DNA of 64,000 nt from an uncultured virus (IMG/VR IMGVR_UViG_3300032288_005212) (IMGVR_UViG_3300032288_005212:42085-106084), one strand, 5' to 3'. Shown: positions 19,428 through 28,468, counted from the first letter of the stretch. The notes: generated from the letters alone by a model not told the origin. A program made the numbers and translations.

Positions 19428-20449
19428 AGTGCTTAGTTATATTGGGGACTAGACCCGAAGCAATAAGGTTATACCATACTATAAAAGAACTTAATCCTTA
19501 CAAAATATTTTGGACAGGCCAAAATTTTTCCAAGAATTTAAGTACAGATATTATTCAAGATCCTAGATTTGATAATATTTATAAAGATATGGTATTGTCT
19601 TCTATAGAAGAAACAGATTTTTTTCAACAATTTACAAAAATGTTGTTAAATATCGATAGTTTTATAAAACAATGTAGCCCAGACAAAATTTTAATTCTAG
19701 GAGATACTAACTCTAGTTTAGCCGCTGCTTTAGCTGCTAAAAAGAATGATATTCCGTTATACCATATGGAAGCTGGGAATAGATGTTATAACCCCAAATC
19801 TCCGGAAGAGATTAATAGGAGAATGATAGATAGTATCGCTGACGTACATTTATGCTATACTAAATTCGCTAAACAAAACTTATTAAATGAAGGTGTGCCG
19901 CTAAATAAAATTCATGTAATTGGTAACCCAATGGCCGAGTTTCCAGAACTCCATTCATATGATACAAAAGAAAAAAGTCAGGTACTGGTTACTTTACATA
20001 GAAAAGAGAATGAAGAGTATTTACCGAATTTACTTAATTTTTTTAATAGTTTAAATTCTAAAGTCAAAGTTAAATTAGTATTACATCCAAGATATTATAA
20101 ATTTTTTACTGAAAAATTTACCGATGTGGTTCCAAGCGTAAACTTTTCTGATTTTGTAAAGTTACAGCAAGAGTCGAGCTTAATAATAACAGATTCTGGT
20201 ACCGTATGTGAAGAAGCCGCTATTCTTAAAAAACCTTGCCTAATAATAAGAGAAACAACAGAGAGACCAGAACTTTTAGAGTTAGGTAGCACAATTTTGG
20301 GGGATATAAAAAACACAGATAATCTATTAAGCAGCTCAGACGCTTTATTAAATTTAACACGAGACTGGGACTTACCAGATGAGTACAAGTATCAAAAAGT
20401 TTCTAAGAAAGTAAAAACTATTCTATTAAGTAAGCAAAACTATATATGA
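19424..20449 (+). CDS. Non-hydrolysing UDP-HexNAc 2-epimerase (WecB/FnlC/WbvD-like)
   Basis: GTRPEAI, TGQN, LGDTNS, HMEAGNR, PEEINR, TLHR.EN, TDSGTV.EE, TERPE. Confidence 0.93.
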   Translation: MKCLVILGTRPEAIRLYHTIKELNPYKIFWTGQNFSKNLSTDIIQDPRFDNIYKDMVLSSIEETDFFQQFTKMLLNIDSFIKQCSPDKILILGDTNSSLAAALAAKKNDIPLYHMEAGNRCYNPKSPEEINRRMIDSIADVHLCYTKFAKQNLLNEGVPLNKIHVIGNPMAEFPELHSYDTKEKSQVLVTLHRKENEEYLPNLLNFFNSLNSKVKVKLVLHPRYYKFFTEKFTDVVPSVNFSDFVKLQQESSLIITDSGTVCEEAAILKKPCLIIRETTERPELLELGSTILGDIKNTDNLLSSSDALLNLTRDWDLPDEYKYQKVSKKVKTILLSKQNYI

Positions 20450-21165
20450 TAAATTTACAAAAGTTAAGCCTAGAAGAACTTAGAGATAGTTTTACAACCT
20501 CTTACCCATTTAATTATTTGGTTCTGGATAATTTTCTTGAGGAGAAAATAGCGGACAGCATATTAAACGATTTAAATACTGATGACTATTCGACTTGGGA
20601 TAAGAGAGCCGATGCTGGAGTACAAGTAAAAGATCGTTCCAATTGGAAGAATGATGCGGATGTGCCGCAGTCTACAAGAAATTTAATTCAGTACTTAAAC
20701 TCAGGAGATTTTTTACGGTGGCTATCAGAAGCCACAGGCATTCAAGGAATTATTCCAGACCCGTATCTTACCGGAGGAGGGTTTAATAAAATTAATAGGG
20801 GCGGCACTCTTGCTATACACGCTGACGGTAATTGGCATGATTTGATGGCAGTACACCGCAGGCTTAATTTAATTATATACCTAAATAAAAATTGGTTGCC
20901 AGAATGGGGCGGCAATCTTGAGCTATGGTCTAATAAAGATAGTAGGCCAGATAAATGTGAAAAAGAAATTGAGCCTTATTTTAATAGGCTGGTATTATTT
21001 AAAACTGATGATTACAGTTTTCATGGCCACCCAAAGCAACTAAACTGCCCAGAAAATGTTTCAAGAAAATCTTTGATATTGTATTATTATACAAGCACCA
21101 GACCCAGTACAGAAGTTGAGTCTTTAGAGAATAAGCACAGAGCTATATTTCATAAATCCGTATAA
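20446..21165 (+). CDS. 2OG-Fe(II) oxygenase, prolyl-4-hydroxylase-like
   Basis: PF..LV.DNFL, GGG, HAD, RRLN..IYLN..W..EWGG.LELW, P.FNR.V.F, HGHP, RKS....YY. Confidence 0.9.
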   Translation: MINLQKLSLEELRDSFTTSYPFNYLVLDNFLEEKIADSILNDLNTDDYSTWDKRADAGVQVKDRSNWKNDADVPQSTRNLIQYLNSGDFLRWLSEATGIQGIIPDPYLTGGGFNKINRGGTLAIHADGNWHDLMAVHRRLNLIIYLNKNWLPEWGGNLELWSNKDSRPDKCEKEIEPYFNRLVLFKTDDYSFHGHPKQLNCPENVSRKSLILYYYTSTRPSTEVESLENKHRAIFHKSV

Positions 21166-21176
21166 GAGGAAAAATA

Positions 21177-22157
21177 ATGTTTAATAATTCTACTGTATTA
21201 ATAACTGGCGGCACTGGTTCTTGGGGTCAAACACTAACCACAAAATTAATTGAACTATATAGCCCTAAAAAAATTATTATATTTTCTAGGGGAGAATTAC
21301 AACAAGTATTAATGCAAAGAAAGTTTAATAATCCTATTATCCAATATATAATAGGAGACGTAAGAGACTATGAAGCTATAAAATTTGCTACACTTGGCGT
21401 AGATTATGTTTTTCACCTGGCTGCATTGAAACACGTTCCAATATGTGAAAATCAACCACAAGAAGCTATAAAAACTAATATAACAGGCACTACAAATGTT
21501 ATCAATGCAGCAATACTTAATAAAGTAAAAAAAGTAATAGATGTATCTACAGATAAAGCAGTAGACCCTATTAATTTATATGGTATGACAAAGGCTGTAG
21601 GAGAAAAAGCAATAATTCAAGCAAACGACCTCAGCTCGCATACAAAATTTGTATGCGTGCGCGGAGGAAACGTAATGGGATCAAACGGTAGTGTGATTCC
21701 ATTTTTCATAGAGCAGATTAAATCTGGCGGACCAATTACTATCACAGACTCCAATATGACTAGATTTTTCTTAACTTTAAATGAAGCTATTGGATTATTA
21801 TTTAAAGCAGCAGAAGATAGCATTGGAGGAGAAACATTTGTTATGAAAATGCCTTCTTGCTACATAGAAGATATCGCGTCTATCCTAATGCAAAAATACG
21901 GTATAGTGCCTATAAAGGATATCGGTATGAGGCCAGGGGAAAAGCTAGATGAAGTACTAATCTCAAAAAATGAGGCTAATCTATCTTACTGCTATGATGA
22001 TAATTACTATGTTATTCTACCAAATGTTTATAATAATTTGTTAAATGAGAAGTATTCTAACTTAGAAGTATTCCCTTACGAAGAATTTTCGTCAAGCACA
22101 TTTATCATGAACGACGAAGAAATCTCTTCTATGTTGTCTAAGGGAGGATTCCTGTGA
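21177..22157 (+). CDS. UDP-GlcNAc 4,6-dehydratase/5-epimerase (PseB/FnlA/CapE-like)
   Basis: TGGTGSWG, FSR.E..Q, GDVRD, HLAALKHVP, STDKA, YGMTK, R.GNV.GS.GSVIP, MTRF, G.RPGEKL.E. Confidence 0.93.
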   Translation: MFNNSTVLITGGTGSWGQTLTTKLIELYSPKKIIIFSRGELQQVLMQRKFNNPIIQYIIGDVRDYEAIKFATLGVDYVFHLAALKHVPICENQPQEAIKTNITGTTNVINAAILNKVKKVIDVSTDKAVDPINLYGMTKAVGEKAIIQANDLSSHTKFVCVRGGNVMGSNGSVIPFFIEQIKSGGPITITDSNMTRFFLTLNEAIGLLFKAAEDSIGGETFVMKMPSCYIEDIASILMQKYGIVPIKDIGMRPGEKLDEVLISKNEANLSYCYDDNYYVILPNVYNNLLNEKYSNLEVFPYEEFSSSTFIMNDEEISSMLSKGGFL

Positions 22158-22933
22158 GCATTTTAGTGTTGGGCGGGGAAGGTATGGCAGGTTGGATGAT
22201 CGGAAATTTCCTGTCTAGAAAACACTCTGTATTAGTAACTACACGAGCAGATTTTGATGTTGAGAAAAGTTTAAAGCTTCCTGCAGGGTTTGATTACATA
22301 GTAAATTGTATAGGACTACTTTTGAACGACTCTAAAATTAACCCTGCAAAAACAATGTATGTTAATTCCTATTTTCCAAAATACCTGGAAAGGTTCTATA
22401 GAGATAGCAATACTAAAATAATACATTTATCTACAGATTGTGTATTTAACGGTACCAAAGGAAATTATCTAGAAACAGATTTGCCAAATGAGCTTGGAGT
22501 ATATGGTTTGTCGAAGTCTCTAGGTGAGATAGATAATAATAAAGATTTAACTCTAAGGGTTAGCATTATAGGCCCAGAGATAAGGCATCCAAGCAAAAGA
22601 AGCGGGCTTTTAAATTGGATACTTACTACAAAAGAAACACAACTAAACGGCTGGGTAAATGCACATTGGAATGGGATTACAACTTTAGAATTAGCTAAGT
22701 GTATAGACCAGTTTATAAAAAACCCAATAATTAGTGGAATATATCACCCAACTAATGAAACTATAACTAAGTACGAATTGCTAAATAAAATAAATTATAA
22801 ATATAATTTGGGAAAAGTTATAGTAAAATCTAATGCAGAAAAAAATATTGATAAAACTTTGCGGAATACAAAAGGATTTTTTAACGTATCATCTTATGAT
22901 ACACAGTTGGAAGAATTAAGAGCGTATATATGA
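22154..22933 (+). CDS. RmlD-like NDP-4-keto-6-deoxyhexose reductase (WbvR-like)
   Basis: LG..GM.G, NCIG, HLSTDCVF.G..G.Y.E, YG.SK..GE, R.SIIG.E, W.G.TTLELA; no C-terminal cupin. Confidence 0.88.
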   Translation: MSILVLGGEGMAGWMIGNFLSRKHSVLVTTRADFDVEKSLKLPAGFDYIVNCIGLLLNDSKINPAKTMYVNSYFPKYLERFYRDSNTKIIHLSTDCVFNGTKGNYLETDLPNELGVYGLSKSLGEIDNNKDLTLRVSIIGPEIRHPSKRSGLLNWILTTKETQLNGWVNAHWNGITTLELAKCIDQFIKNPIISGIYHPTNETITKYELLNKINYKYNLGKVIVKSNAEKNIDKTLRNTKGFFNVSSYDTQLEELRAYI

Positions 22934-23613
22934 AAAAACTATGTACTGTTTGCGATAGCGTGTATTTTAATGAACACGCAATAAAATTAATTAATTCTGT
23001 GGAGAACTTACAAGCGACGTCTTTGATAGCTATAGTCGTTAATCCTAATTTGGATGATATAGCTACGATGAAAAAAATAAATTCATCTGCTAAAAATACG
23101 GTATGTAATTATGTTGTAGATAGTAGAGATACAAAAACTTTTTTTGCTTCTGCTAGATACATTTATTCTGCTGATATTGTAAGAGAGTACGAGTTAGAGG
23201 GTATTATGTTCCTAGACTCAGATTCTTTAGTTCTAAAAGAAGTAGAGTACCCTAGTACAGACTTTGGGCTATTTTTAAGAGAACCATTTCCGAATACGAC
23301 CGGAGTAGTAAAAGAAGGATCCTATGTACTTGGATCCAGCGTTTATATATCAAAAACTGGGATAGAGTTTGCGGAATATCTTCGGCAAGAGTTAAACTCT
23401 TATACTCTTGATACCTGGTATCTAGATCAGGTTGCATTATGGAGAGGGTATCAACTTTATAAAGATAAATTAAGTTTTACACAGTTAGATAAAAGTTACT
23501 TAGATTGGGATTTTGATGTAAACAGTACGATATGGAACGCAAAAGGCCCTAGAAAATATAGTGATAAAAATTACATACTAAAATCCAGACAATTTCATAA
23601 TTCTCCTTTCTGA
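22930..23613 (+). CDS. Nucleotide-diphospho-sugar transferase (GT-A)
   Basis: CDSVYF, FFASARY, FLDSDS (DxD), WYLDQVAL, W.AKG.RK. Confidence 0.7.
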   Translation: MKKLCTVCDSVYFNEHAIKLINSVENLQATSLIAIVVNPNLDDIATMKKINSSAKNTVCNYVVDSRDTKTFFASARYIYSADIVREYELEGIMFLDSDSLVLKEVEYPSTDFGLFLREPFPNTTGVVKEGSYVLGSSVYISKTGIEFAEYLRQELNSYTLDTWYLDQVALWRGYQLYKDKLSFTQLDKSYLDWDFDVNSTIWNAKGPRKYSDKNYILKSRQFHNSPF

Positions 23614-23625
23614 GGTAAAAATAGT

Positions 23626-23654
23626 TTGACATATTTTGCTTAACCGTATATAAT
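23626..23654 (+). promoter_or_regulatory. Sigma70 consensus promoter
   Basis: TTGACA-17 nt-TATAAT with upstream A-tract. Confidence 0.9.
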
Positions 23655-23679
23655 ATGTTTTTCGCAAAGTATACTTACC

Positions 23680-24270
23680 ATGAATTTATTTTATCTTGAT
23701 GAAGACCTCGATAAGTGCGCCGAGTACCATGTTGACAAGCACGTCAATAAAATGCAGCTAGAAACTGCACAAATGATTTGTACAAATCTTTGGATTGATA
23801 GACTACTCGGCTATGTGCCTCGCGCACTTAATAAGGAAGAGAATAGAGTTCTTACGCAAGCAAGACTTGCTGAGAAGGATCTTCCTATTGAAGAGAGAAC
23901 TATTCCATATCTTCCAACTATGCAGAATCATCCCTGCACTATTTGGATGCGTACATCTCTCGATAACTTTGAGTGGTCGCACTGCTATGCCAACGCGCTC
24001 AGTTCCGAGCAACATTATCGCTACGGCACTACGCACAAGTCTATTCTGATTATCAATGCATTGCCAGACCCAAAAAATATTCCGAGCATCGGCTTTACAA
24101 CATTTGGACTCGCAATGCCAGACTCTCTCAAAAATTATGACGATCCGATCGGATCTTATCGAATGTACTATATGCTAGATAAAGGTACATTTGCTTCTTG
24201 GAAAAAGCGATCAAAGCCACCCTGGTGGGATGAAAACATCGCAGACTATGAAAAAAGGATTACAAGATGA
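23680..24270 (+). CDS. Pyrimidine-dimer DNA glycosylase/endonuclease V-like family protein
   Basis: MNLFYLD....CA.YHVDKHV.KM.LE.AQM, NHPCTIW.R, Y.YRYG..H, F..AMP, YR.YY. Confidence 0.8.
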   Translation: MNLFYLDEDLDKCAEYHVDKHVNKMQLETAQMICTNLWIDRLLGYVPRALNKEENRVLTQARLAEKDLPIEERTIPYLPTMQNHPCTIWMRTSLDNFEWSHCYANALSSEQHYRYGTTHKSILIINALPDPKNIPSIGFTTFGLAMPDSLKNYDDPIGSYRMYYMLDKGTFASWKKRSKPPWWDENIADYEKRITR

Positions 24271-24485
24271 TTTGCAAGAATTGTGGAGAAGATCTTTCTG
24301 GTGATGGAGAAAAGATACCTTTTCATTGTATAAACCTTTCCGAAGAAGATTGGTGGTATGAACCACCAGATTCCGGCCCCTATTATTGTGACCAGTATCT
24401 TGATGATACTGATGATGGATTTGCATTAGCTTCTGCCGGTTTCGGAACTGATGAAGACTACGGCTATTTTGGCGATTATGACTAA
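24267..24485 (+). CDS. Hypothetical protein, acidic C-terminus
   Basis: CxxC N-terminus; ALASAGFGTDEDYG motif. Confidence 0.55.
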   Translation: MICKNCGEDLSGDGEKIPFHCINLSEEDWWYEPPDSGPYYCDQYLDDTDDGFALASAGFGTDEDYGYFGDYD

Positions 24486-24637
24486 TCTTATTTTGGAAAA
24501 GGGAAAGTATAAACTTTACTGCTTTTACCATCCAGAAAGACATTTCGCTATCTATGAAAAAGATATTGCAGTATTTTTAACAAAATACGAAAAAGAAGCA
24601 ATACGAGTTTTTTCACAACTTACAAAAGGAAAATAAT

Positions 24638-25294
24638 GTGGCTAGAGTAAAAGCAAAAGATTACGAAGATCTCAGCGATTCGAATATTCGTAAAGTAATT
24701 GCAGCGCTTAACGCTTCTCCGCCTATCTCAAAAAAAGAAGCGTGCGAAGCTCTTAAAATTTCTTATAATACTAGCCGTCTCTCGAAAATTATCGAAGAGT
24801 TTACTGCAACTCAAGAAAATAAAAAACGTCTTCGAGATAAAAAAAGAGGACTACCTGCTACAAATGGTGAAATTCAATATATTATAAAAGACTACATTAA
24901 TGGAGTCCCTCTTTATAAAATTTCTGAAGATCTTTATCGACCAACGAACTTTATAAAAGCAGTTGTAGATAAAATCGGCGTTCCAGAAAGAGAGCCTAGC
25001 TTTAGTCGTTTGAAAGCACAACTTCTTCCTGATAACTGCCAAGCCATTGATTTTGAAGAAGGAGAGATTGCATGGTCCGCTACTGAAAGAGCAAAATGCA
25101 AAATTCTCAAAAGACTAGACGATGATAAGTACATTCCAAAATATGGAGTACCGTGCTATAACATTTTTGTATTTGAGCAATCTGATGATTCCTACTACTC
25201 AAAGAGTAAAGGATTTTATGCTGCTGCTCTCGCCTATGACCTGGGCAAGCTGACTCATCTTGAGCAGTATGGAATAAATTTAAATGATCTTTGA
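24638..25294 (+). CDS. T5 D2-like protein
   Basis: PISKKEACE.L.ISYNT.RL..II; position upstream of D3 as in T5. Confidence 0.65.
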   Translation: MARVKAKDYEDLSDSNIRKVIAALNASPPISKKEACEALKISYNTSRLSKIIEEFTATQENKKRLRDKKRGLPATNGEIQYIIKDYINGVPLYKISEDLYRPTNFIKAVVDKIGVPEREPSFSRLKAQLLPDNCQAIDFEEGEIAWSATERAKCKILKRLDDDKYIPKYGVPCYNIFVFEQSDDSYYSKSKGFYAAALAYDLGKLTHLEQYGINLNDL

Positions 25295-25529
25295 GTATTA
25301 CCTTATATTTTCGATAACAACGGGATTATGTATTGTCTGGTTAAATAGACAGGCGAAGATTCAAAGCGGAATTGAACATTCTACTTTTATATTCTACATT
25401 GTCTCTTTTTTAATAGCATTTTTATTTGCGCCTGTATTTTTTCTAATCTTTTTATTTTACTCGACGGGATATAGAAGCGGGATTTTAGAAGCAATGAAAA
25501 ACACTTATAACGAGAAAAATAGTTCTTGA
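25284..25529 (+). CDS. Small membrane protein
   Basis: Two hydrophobic segments; lies between D2 and D3. Confidence 0.6.
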   Translation: MIFEYYLIFSITTGLCIVWLNRQAKIQSGIEHSTFIFYIVSFLIAFLFAPVFFLIFLFYSTGYRSGILEAMKNTYNEKNSS

Positions 25530-25554
25530 CTTTGAAGCTCAAATATCTTATAAT
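25515..25554 (+). promoter_or_regulatory. Early promoter
   Basis: AAAAATAGTTC-TTGACT-17 nt-TATAAT. Confidence 0.88.
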
Positions 25555-25581
25555 ATCTTTCATACGGTGAGGGAAAGATAG

Positions 25582-26034
25582 ATGGGCGATAGATTTTACC
25601 GTCAACAGATTAAAGCTACCGGGAGCTGTCCCGGATTCAACAAACCTAAAAAAGGAAATCGCAAAATGGCATGGGATGATGATAAGCGCGCTGCAGCAGT
25701 AGAAGCCTACGAGAAGGCAAACCCTACTCCTGAGAACTCGATGGAGATCGTTAAGCAGATCGCTGACGATATGGGAGAGTCAGCTAATGGTGTTCGTATG
25801 GTTCTGACGAAGGCTGGCGTTTATATTAAGAAAAGCGAAGGGTCTGCTTCTAGCAGTTCTTCTTCGAAGGCTGCTGCTTCTGGTGGTACTCGCGTATCTA
25901 AGGCAGCAGCCCAGGATGCAATCACCGCAGCTCTTCGTGATGCTGGTCAGGAGATTGACGAAGACGTTGTTGGAAAACTTACTGGCAAAGCTGCCATGTA
26001 TTTTGCTAACATTATCAATAAGCTGAATAAGTAA
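25582..26034 (+). CDS. T5 D3-like DNA-binding protein (second in-frame start at 25666)
   Basis: PTPENSMEIVKQIA....S.NGVRM.LTKAGVY, SK..AQ, KLTGKAA.YF; T5 synteny. Confidence 0.75.
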   Translation: MGDRFYRQQIKATGSCPGFNKPKKGNRKMAWDDDKRAAAVEAYEKANPTPENSMEIVKQIADDMGESANGVRMVLTKAGVYIKKSEGSASSSSSSKAAASGGTRVSKAAAQDAITAALRDAGQEIDEDVVGKLTGKAAMYFANIINKLNK

Positions 26035-26047
26035 TGTAGTGTCTTTG

Positions 26048-26081
26048 AAAACCCCGATAGTTTTCCGCTATCGGGGTTTTT
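26048..26081. terminator. Intrinsic terminator
   Basis: AAAACCCCGATAG-loop-CTATCGGGGTTTTT. Confidence 0.9.
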
Positions 26082-26143
26082 CCGCATCTCGACATATTAG
26101 CAACGAGGAAAGAGGTTTCTTACAATGCAATATGGAGTAATAT

Positions 26144-26407
26144 GTGGACAAAGAAGAACTCAGAAAATTAATAGAGGATGCGGGCGATGCGATTATAACG
26201 TATAAAAGCCCGAACTCTAAAAAGGTAAAGTATAATGTTTGTACAGTAGACTTTACCACGCCCTATATACGAGATAAAAGTAATAGGGCAAAAGAAGATG
26301 ATGATACGCTTCTCATGTTTTGTTGGGATACGGATTCGTTTCGCCTAATGAAACCTGATAACGTCAAGTCTGTCGTTCCTTTAGCGGCAGTGCTAAAGAA
26401 TGAATGA
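26144..26407 (+). CDS. Conserved T5-like hypothetical protein
   Basis: KYNVCT.DF...YI, FCWDTDS.R; T5 synteny. Confidence 0.7.
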   Translation: MDKEELRKLIEDAGDAIITYKSPNSKKVKYNVCTVDFTTPYIRDKSNRAKEDDDTLLMFCWDTDSFRLMKPDNVKSVVPLAAVLKNE

Positions 26408-26681
26408 CATATATAGTAGAATAATAACTAATGATGGTTTTAAACAAGTTCGGTTATACATAAATGAATTTCGAGAGCAAGAATATCTTCACATTCGTGA
26501 GTATTATCTCGATTTTGACGAAGAATGGAAACCTACACCGAAAGGAATATCTATTCCACTTGAGATAGAAACATCAAAAGAATTATTCATTGCAATATCA
26601 GAAATTCTTTCGCTAGCCGAAAGTAAGAAAGTTGTCGAAGAGGTATTTGGCGACTTAATAAAGAGCATATATACTTCATGA
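26400..26681 (+). CDS. PC4/p15-like ssDNA-binding transcriptional coactivator
   Basis: QVRL.INEFR..EYLHIR.YY.D...EWKPT.KGISIP. Confidence 0.8.
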   Translation: MNDIYSRIITNDGFKQVRLYINEFREQEYLHIREYYLDFDEEWKPTPKGISIPLEIETSKELFIAISEILSLAESKKVVEEVFGDLIKSIYTS

Positions 26682-26831
26682 CAGCATTATATGTTTTAGG
26701 TGGCCTCATAGTTTTGTTAATTGCATTTCGACTTATGCTAGGAATGGTCAATTATTTTGTTAACGAACTAGAAAAATAAACTTGACAAATTTGTTATTAT
26801 CCTTCAAAATATCTTTTTTCGAGAAATTTAA

Positions 26832-27749
26832 ATGAAAGATTTTCTAGATCGGGCAGCCAAAGCGTATTATGATGGTAATCCAATCATCAGCGACGAAGAG
26901 TTTGACGCTCTTTCGGCAGCATATCAGTATGAAGATGTGGGAACTTCTGATGGAGAAGTACCACATCTTTTTCCTATGTATAGCCTTCAAAAAGTATTTG
27001 AAGGAGAAGATGCTCCAACTATTTTCAGCGAACACGATATCGTAGTAACGCCCAAGCTAGATGGAGCAGCAGTTGCGCTCGTCTATGAAAATGGACTTTT
27101 TATTCGTGGGCTTACTCGTGGCAATGGTAAAAAAGGTCGAGTAGTTACTCATCTTCTCCGCCATCTCGTCCCCGCGAGAATCTCGAGAAGTGGGATTGTT
27201 CAGATAACTGGAGAAGTAGTCGCTCCGAAAGAAATTCCAAATGCTAGAAACTATGCTTCTGGCGCGCTCAATCTCAAAAGCGAGGAAGAGTTTCGTACTC
27301 GTGATCTTACATTTATTGCGTATGATATTCTTCCAAAGACTGATACTCATTGGTCGGAAGAAATGTATGAACTTCAAGAATTTCATACTGTAATGCAATC
27401 CGACTGGACTCAGTTTCCAGACGATGGAAAAGTGTTTCGTATTGATTCAAATGCTGAATTTGAGAGAGCTGGCTATACAGCTCACCATCCTCGTGGTGCT
27501 TTTGCGCTCAAGCGTAAGGCACCTGGAGTAGTTACTAAACTATTGAACGTAATTTGGAATGTTGGAAAGTCTGGAGTAATCTCCCCAGTAGCTATTCTCG
27601 AGCCAGTCAAGATTGGAGAAGCTACGGTATCAAAAGCTACTCTTCACAATATTCGATTTATCGAAGATATGAATCTTGAGATTGGTTGTATGGTAGAAGT
27701 AATTCGTTCAGGGGAAATCATTCCCAAGATTGTGAGGAGAGTTTCGTGA
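26832..27749 (+). CDS. ligA: NAD-dependent DNA ligase subunit A (adenylation and OB domains)
   Basis: YY.G.PIISD.EFD, KLDG, TRG.G..G, GEV, RN.ASG, DG.V, SGEIIP. Confidence 0.93.
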   Translation: MKDFLDRAAKAYYDGNPIISDEEFDALSAAYQYEDVGTSDGEVPHLFPMYSLQKVFEGEDAPTIFSEHDIVVTPKLDGAAVALVYENGLFIRGLTRGNGKKGRVVTHLLRHLVPARISRSGIVQITGEVVAPKEIPNARNYASGALNLKSEEEFRTRDLTFIAYDILPKTDTHWSEEMYELQEFHTVMQSDWTQFPDDGKVFRIDSNAEFERAGYTAHHPRGAFALKRKAPGVVTKLLNVIWNVGKSGVISPVAILEPVKIGEATVSKATLHNIRFIEDMNLEIGCMVEVIRSGEIIPKIVRRVS

Positions 27750-28030
27750 TTGATGACAGCAATATGTTTGGCTATCAAGGAATTCTTGATAGAAAAACAC
27801 ACTATGTTCCAGCAATTGGAATATTTGACCACTTTTGGGCTCTTCGTCAACCTACACGAGACAAAATCATCGAAGGATGGATAGCCACTCTTCAAGTTAT
27901 TCTTGAAAATAAAGAGTTCGAGCCCGAAGAAATTTCTGGTAGTGTTCTCATGTTTACGAATGAGAGCGTTGTAGAAGAAAAAGAATCAGATAATGTAGTT
28001 CAATTTCCAAAGATTACAAAATCTCTGTGA
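27746..28030 (+). CDS. Hypothetical protein
   Basis: GTGA overlap with ligA; ends in NVVQFP motif. Confidence 0.55.
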   Translation: MIDDSNMFGYQGILDRKTHYVPAIGIFDHFWALRQPTRDKIIEGWIATLQVILENKEFEPEEISGSVLMFTNESVVEEKESDNVVQFPKITKSL

Positions 28031-28389
28031 GTGGAATTTATAATGAAACTTTTTTTCGAAATCATCCCGATGAAGCAAACGGGCCAGGCGTGCTTTACTG
28101 TGTAATTTTAGTCAATAAGAAAACTCTCGAGCGAGAGTGTATTAAGATTGGAATTGCTTATGGAAAAAACTGGAAAGACGTTCTTCGTCGCAGTCGCGGA
28201 TTTACTGGTTACGAAATACGAATTCAAAAAGTAGTTCATAGCACTCTTTATAATTGCTGGAAACTAGAACAAGAACTTCATGCGAAGTTTTCTCATTTGC
28301 ACTTTAGCCCAAATTCAAAGTTTGGTGGGTATACAGAATGTTTTCAAATAGACAACGATATAATCCGTGCAGTGCCAAAGAAAATATGA
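28027..28389 (+). CDS. GIY-YIG/T5orf172-like nuclease-domain protein
   Basis: GVLY, IKIGIA, R, LEQELH, FGGYTECF. Confidence 0.6.
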   Translation: MSGIYNETFFRNHPDEANGPGVLYCVILVNKKTLERECIKIGIAYGKNWKDVLRRSRGFTGYEIRIQKVVHSTLYNCWKLEQELHAKFSHLHFSPNSKFGGYTECFQIDNDIIRAVPKKI

Positions 28390-28400
28390 GTCAACTTGAA

Positions 28401-28440
28401 AAAAATAGTTCTTGACTTTTAAGGTGAAATCATCTATAAT
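28401..28440 (+). promoter_or_regulatory. Early promoter for ligB-D5
   Basis: AAAAATAGTTC-TTGACT-17 nt-TATAAT. Confidence 0.88.
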
Positions 28441-28468
28441 ATTCCTTCAATAGATCGAGAAAGCTGTT

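Noticed and set aside
20446-21165. TET/JBP dioxygenase for 5mC hypermodification
   Set aside because: Motifs fit the P4H-like family and the C5-methyltransferase is 25 kb away; kept only as a minor alternative
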